DNA of 64,000 bases from assembly GCA_964016885.1 (NCBI GenBank), contig OZ024742.1:248806001-248870000 (forward strand), in the 5' to 3' direction. Each line of letters opens with the position of its first letter. The stretch's first letter is position 1. Under the pieces are notes generated by a model that worked only from the letters and a program-made list of their open reading frames with translations, was not told the origin of the DNA and searched no databases. Positions 62,488 through 64,000 of this stretch are shown here, piece after piece. Source of the stretch: Eledone cirrhosa (Eukaryota). Both the position numbers and the translations under genes were made by a program.

Positions 62488-62990
62488 ATAATTGTTTCTA
62501 CTTTTGGCACAAAAGCCAGTGCATTACTGGTACTTCATTTTATCGACCCCGAAAGGAGGAAAGGCAAAGTTAACCGCGGCGGGATTTGAACTCCGAATGG
62601 AAAGGGCCGGAACTCTATGCGTCAAAGCATGGCGTCCGACCAATACTGTCAATCCGCCGCCCTTTTCAGTAGAACAACAGTAGAAAATAATCGTTTCTAC
62701 ATTTTGGCACAAGGCCAGCAATTACCCAGTACATTACTGGTACTTTATTTTATCGACCCCGTAAGGATGAAAGGCAAAGTGAACTTCGGCGGGATTTGAA
62801 CTCAGACCGTAAAGGGAGGTAACTATGCTGGAAAGCATGGCGTCCGACTCTCTACCGATACTGCCAATCCAACAAAAGTAGAAAATAATTGTTTCTAAAT
62901 TTGGCACAAGGCCAGCAATTACCCAGTGTATTACTGGTACTTTATTTTATCGACCCCGTAAGGATGAAAGGCAAATGTAACCTCGGCGGG
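62488..62990 (-). mobile_element. Three tandem main-family SINEs (62488-62662, 62688-62870, 62885-62990)
   Basis: SINE matches, separated by repeats of aacaacagtagaaaataat. Confidence 0.9.
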
Positions 62991-63590
62991 AACAACAGTA
63001 GAACATAATGAAGGAGCAAAGCGTCCGCCAGTATCAAGGAATTGCTTTCCTATGAATTTAAAAGGCTGATATTTGTTTACCTGTAACTTCGAGGTTCCAT
63101 CTCAATTCCTACCTCTATTTTAGGAAAAAGAAGCCGTTGGCGAGTAAGTCGGATGTCAGATTGGTCGAAAAAAACGAAAGACCTAGCAAAGAAATATTAC
63201 CCACAGAAAAAAATCTCCGAGGCTGCTAGTATATCGGTTGGTAGTTGGATACCACATTGGACATATTAGTTGTTTGTTCTGCAAACATGGCAGCATCAGA
63301 ACCATTGTTAACATATTTGCACACAAACTTCATAGGTTTGCTTCTCACACCACATTCCACTTTTGGGAAAAAAAGGGGATTGCGAGCATGCTGGAGGTTA
63401 CATTACTTGAAAACGCAGGAAAAAATCCTTGGTAAAAAAAATTTCTTCGCGATTCCAAACATGCGGTTTTCTATGAATTTGAAAAGGGTGCTTACCTGTA
63501 ACTCCAAGAGTCCCGCCTCCGCTTTCAGATAAAGGAGCCGTTGGCGAGTAAGTCAGAATAATAAAGACAACAATCATTTGTCATTATAAT

Positions 63591-63981
63591 TGTTTCTACT
63601 TTTGGCACAAGGCCAGCAATTACAGTGCATTACTGGTACTTTATTTTATCGACCCCGTAAGGATGAAAGGCAAAGTTAACCTCGGCAGGATTTCAACTCA
63701 GATCAGAAAGGGGCGTAACTCTGTGCTACAAAGCATGTTGTCCGACCCTCCACCGATACTGCCAATCATTTGTCATTATAATGAAAGTCATTAGGGCGGT
63801 GGATTGGTAGTATTGATAGAGGGTCGGACGCCATGCTTTTCAGCGAAGAGTTACGGCCCTTTACGGTCTGAGTTCAAATCCCGCCGAGGTTAACTTTGCC
63901 TTTCATCCTTACGGGGTCGATAAAATAAAGTACCAGTAATACACTCGGATAATTGCTGTCCTTGTGCCAAAAGTAGAAATA
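63591..63981. mobile_element. Two divergently oriented main-family SINEs, 63591-63766 (-) and 63793-63981 (+), each with its own TSD
   Basis: caatcatttgtcattataat at 63571-63590 and 63763-63782; attataatgaaagtcatt at 63775-63792 and 63982-63999. Confidence 0.92.
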
Positions 63982-64000
63982 ATTATAATGAAAGTCATTT

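Noticed and set aside
62470-63010. CRISPR-like repeat-spacer pattern
   Set aside because: The spacers are SINE copies and the repeats are TSD-like. The context is eukaryotic with no cas genes.
63040-63556. Duplicated segment (63045-63152 and 63466-63556) with a CTAGT nearby
   Set aside because: Possibly a Helitron remnant, but the termini cannot be supported.

Overview
AT-rich, microsatellite-saturated non-coding animal DNA with no convincing host gene. It is most likely from an octopod cephalopod, inferred from the dominant tRNA-derived SINE. Nearly all ORF-track entries are (TA)n/(CA)n/(GA)n/(TACA)n artefacts. Recognisable coding remnants are all from transposons: Penelope-like retroelement (PLE) RT and GIY-YIG fragments, two R4/Dong-type RLE LINE 3' ends in (TAA)n, a divergent R4-type copy at (CATA)n, a Tx1/L1 3' end, an RTE fragment, a Helitron Pif1 helicase fragment and a non-autonomous Helitron. 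About 20 copies of the main SINE are present. The main hidden signal is about 15-19 type I hammerhead ribozyme motifs from at least 6 sequence families, read by eye. They include U3-A8 core variants, palindromic stem III forms and long stem II forms, with covarying stems. They sit in short PLE-derived 3'-end units embedded in (TA)n tracts, which are repeatedly arranged as head-to-head fold-backs with both 3' ends facing outward. All structures were folded manually, and no activity or database match has been tested.
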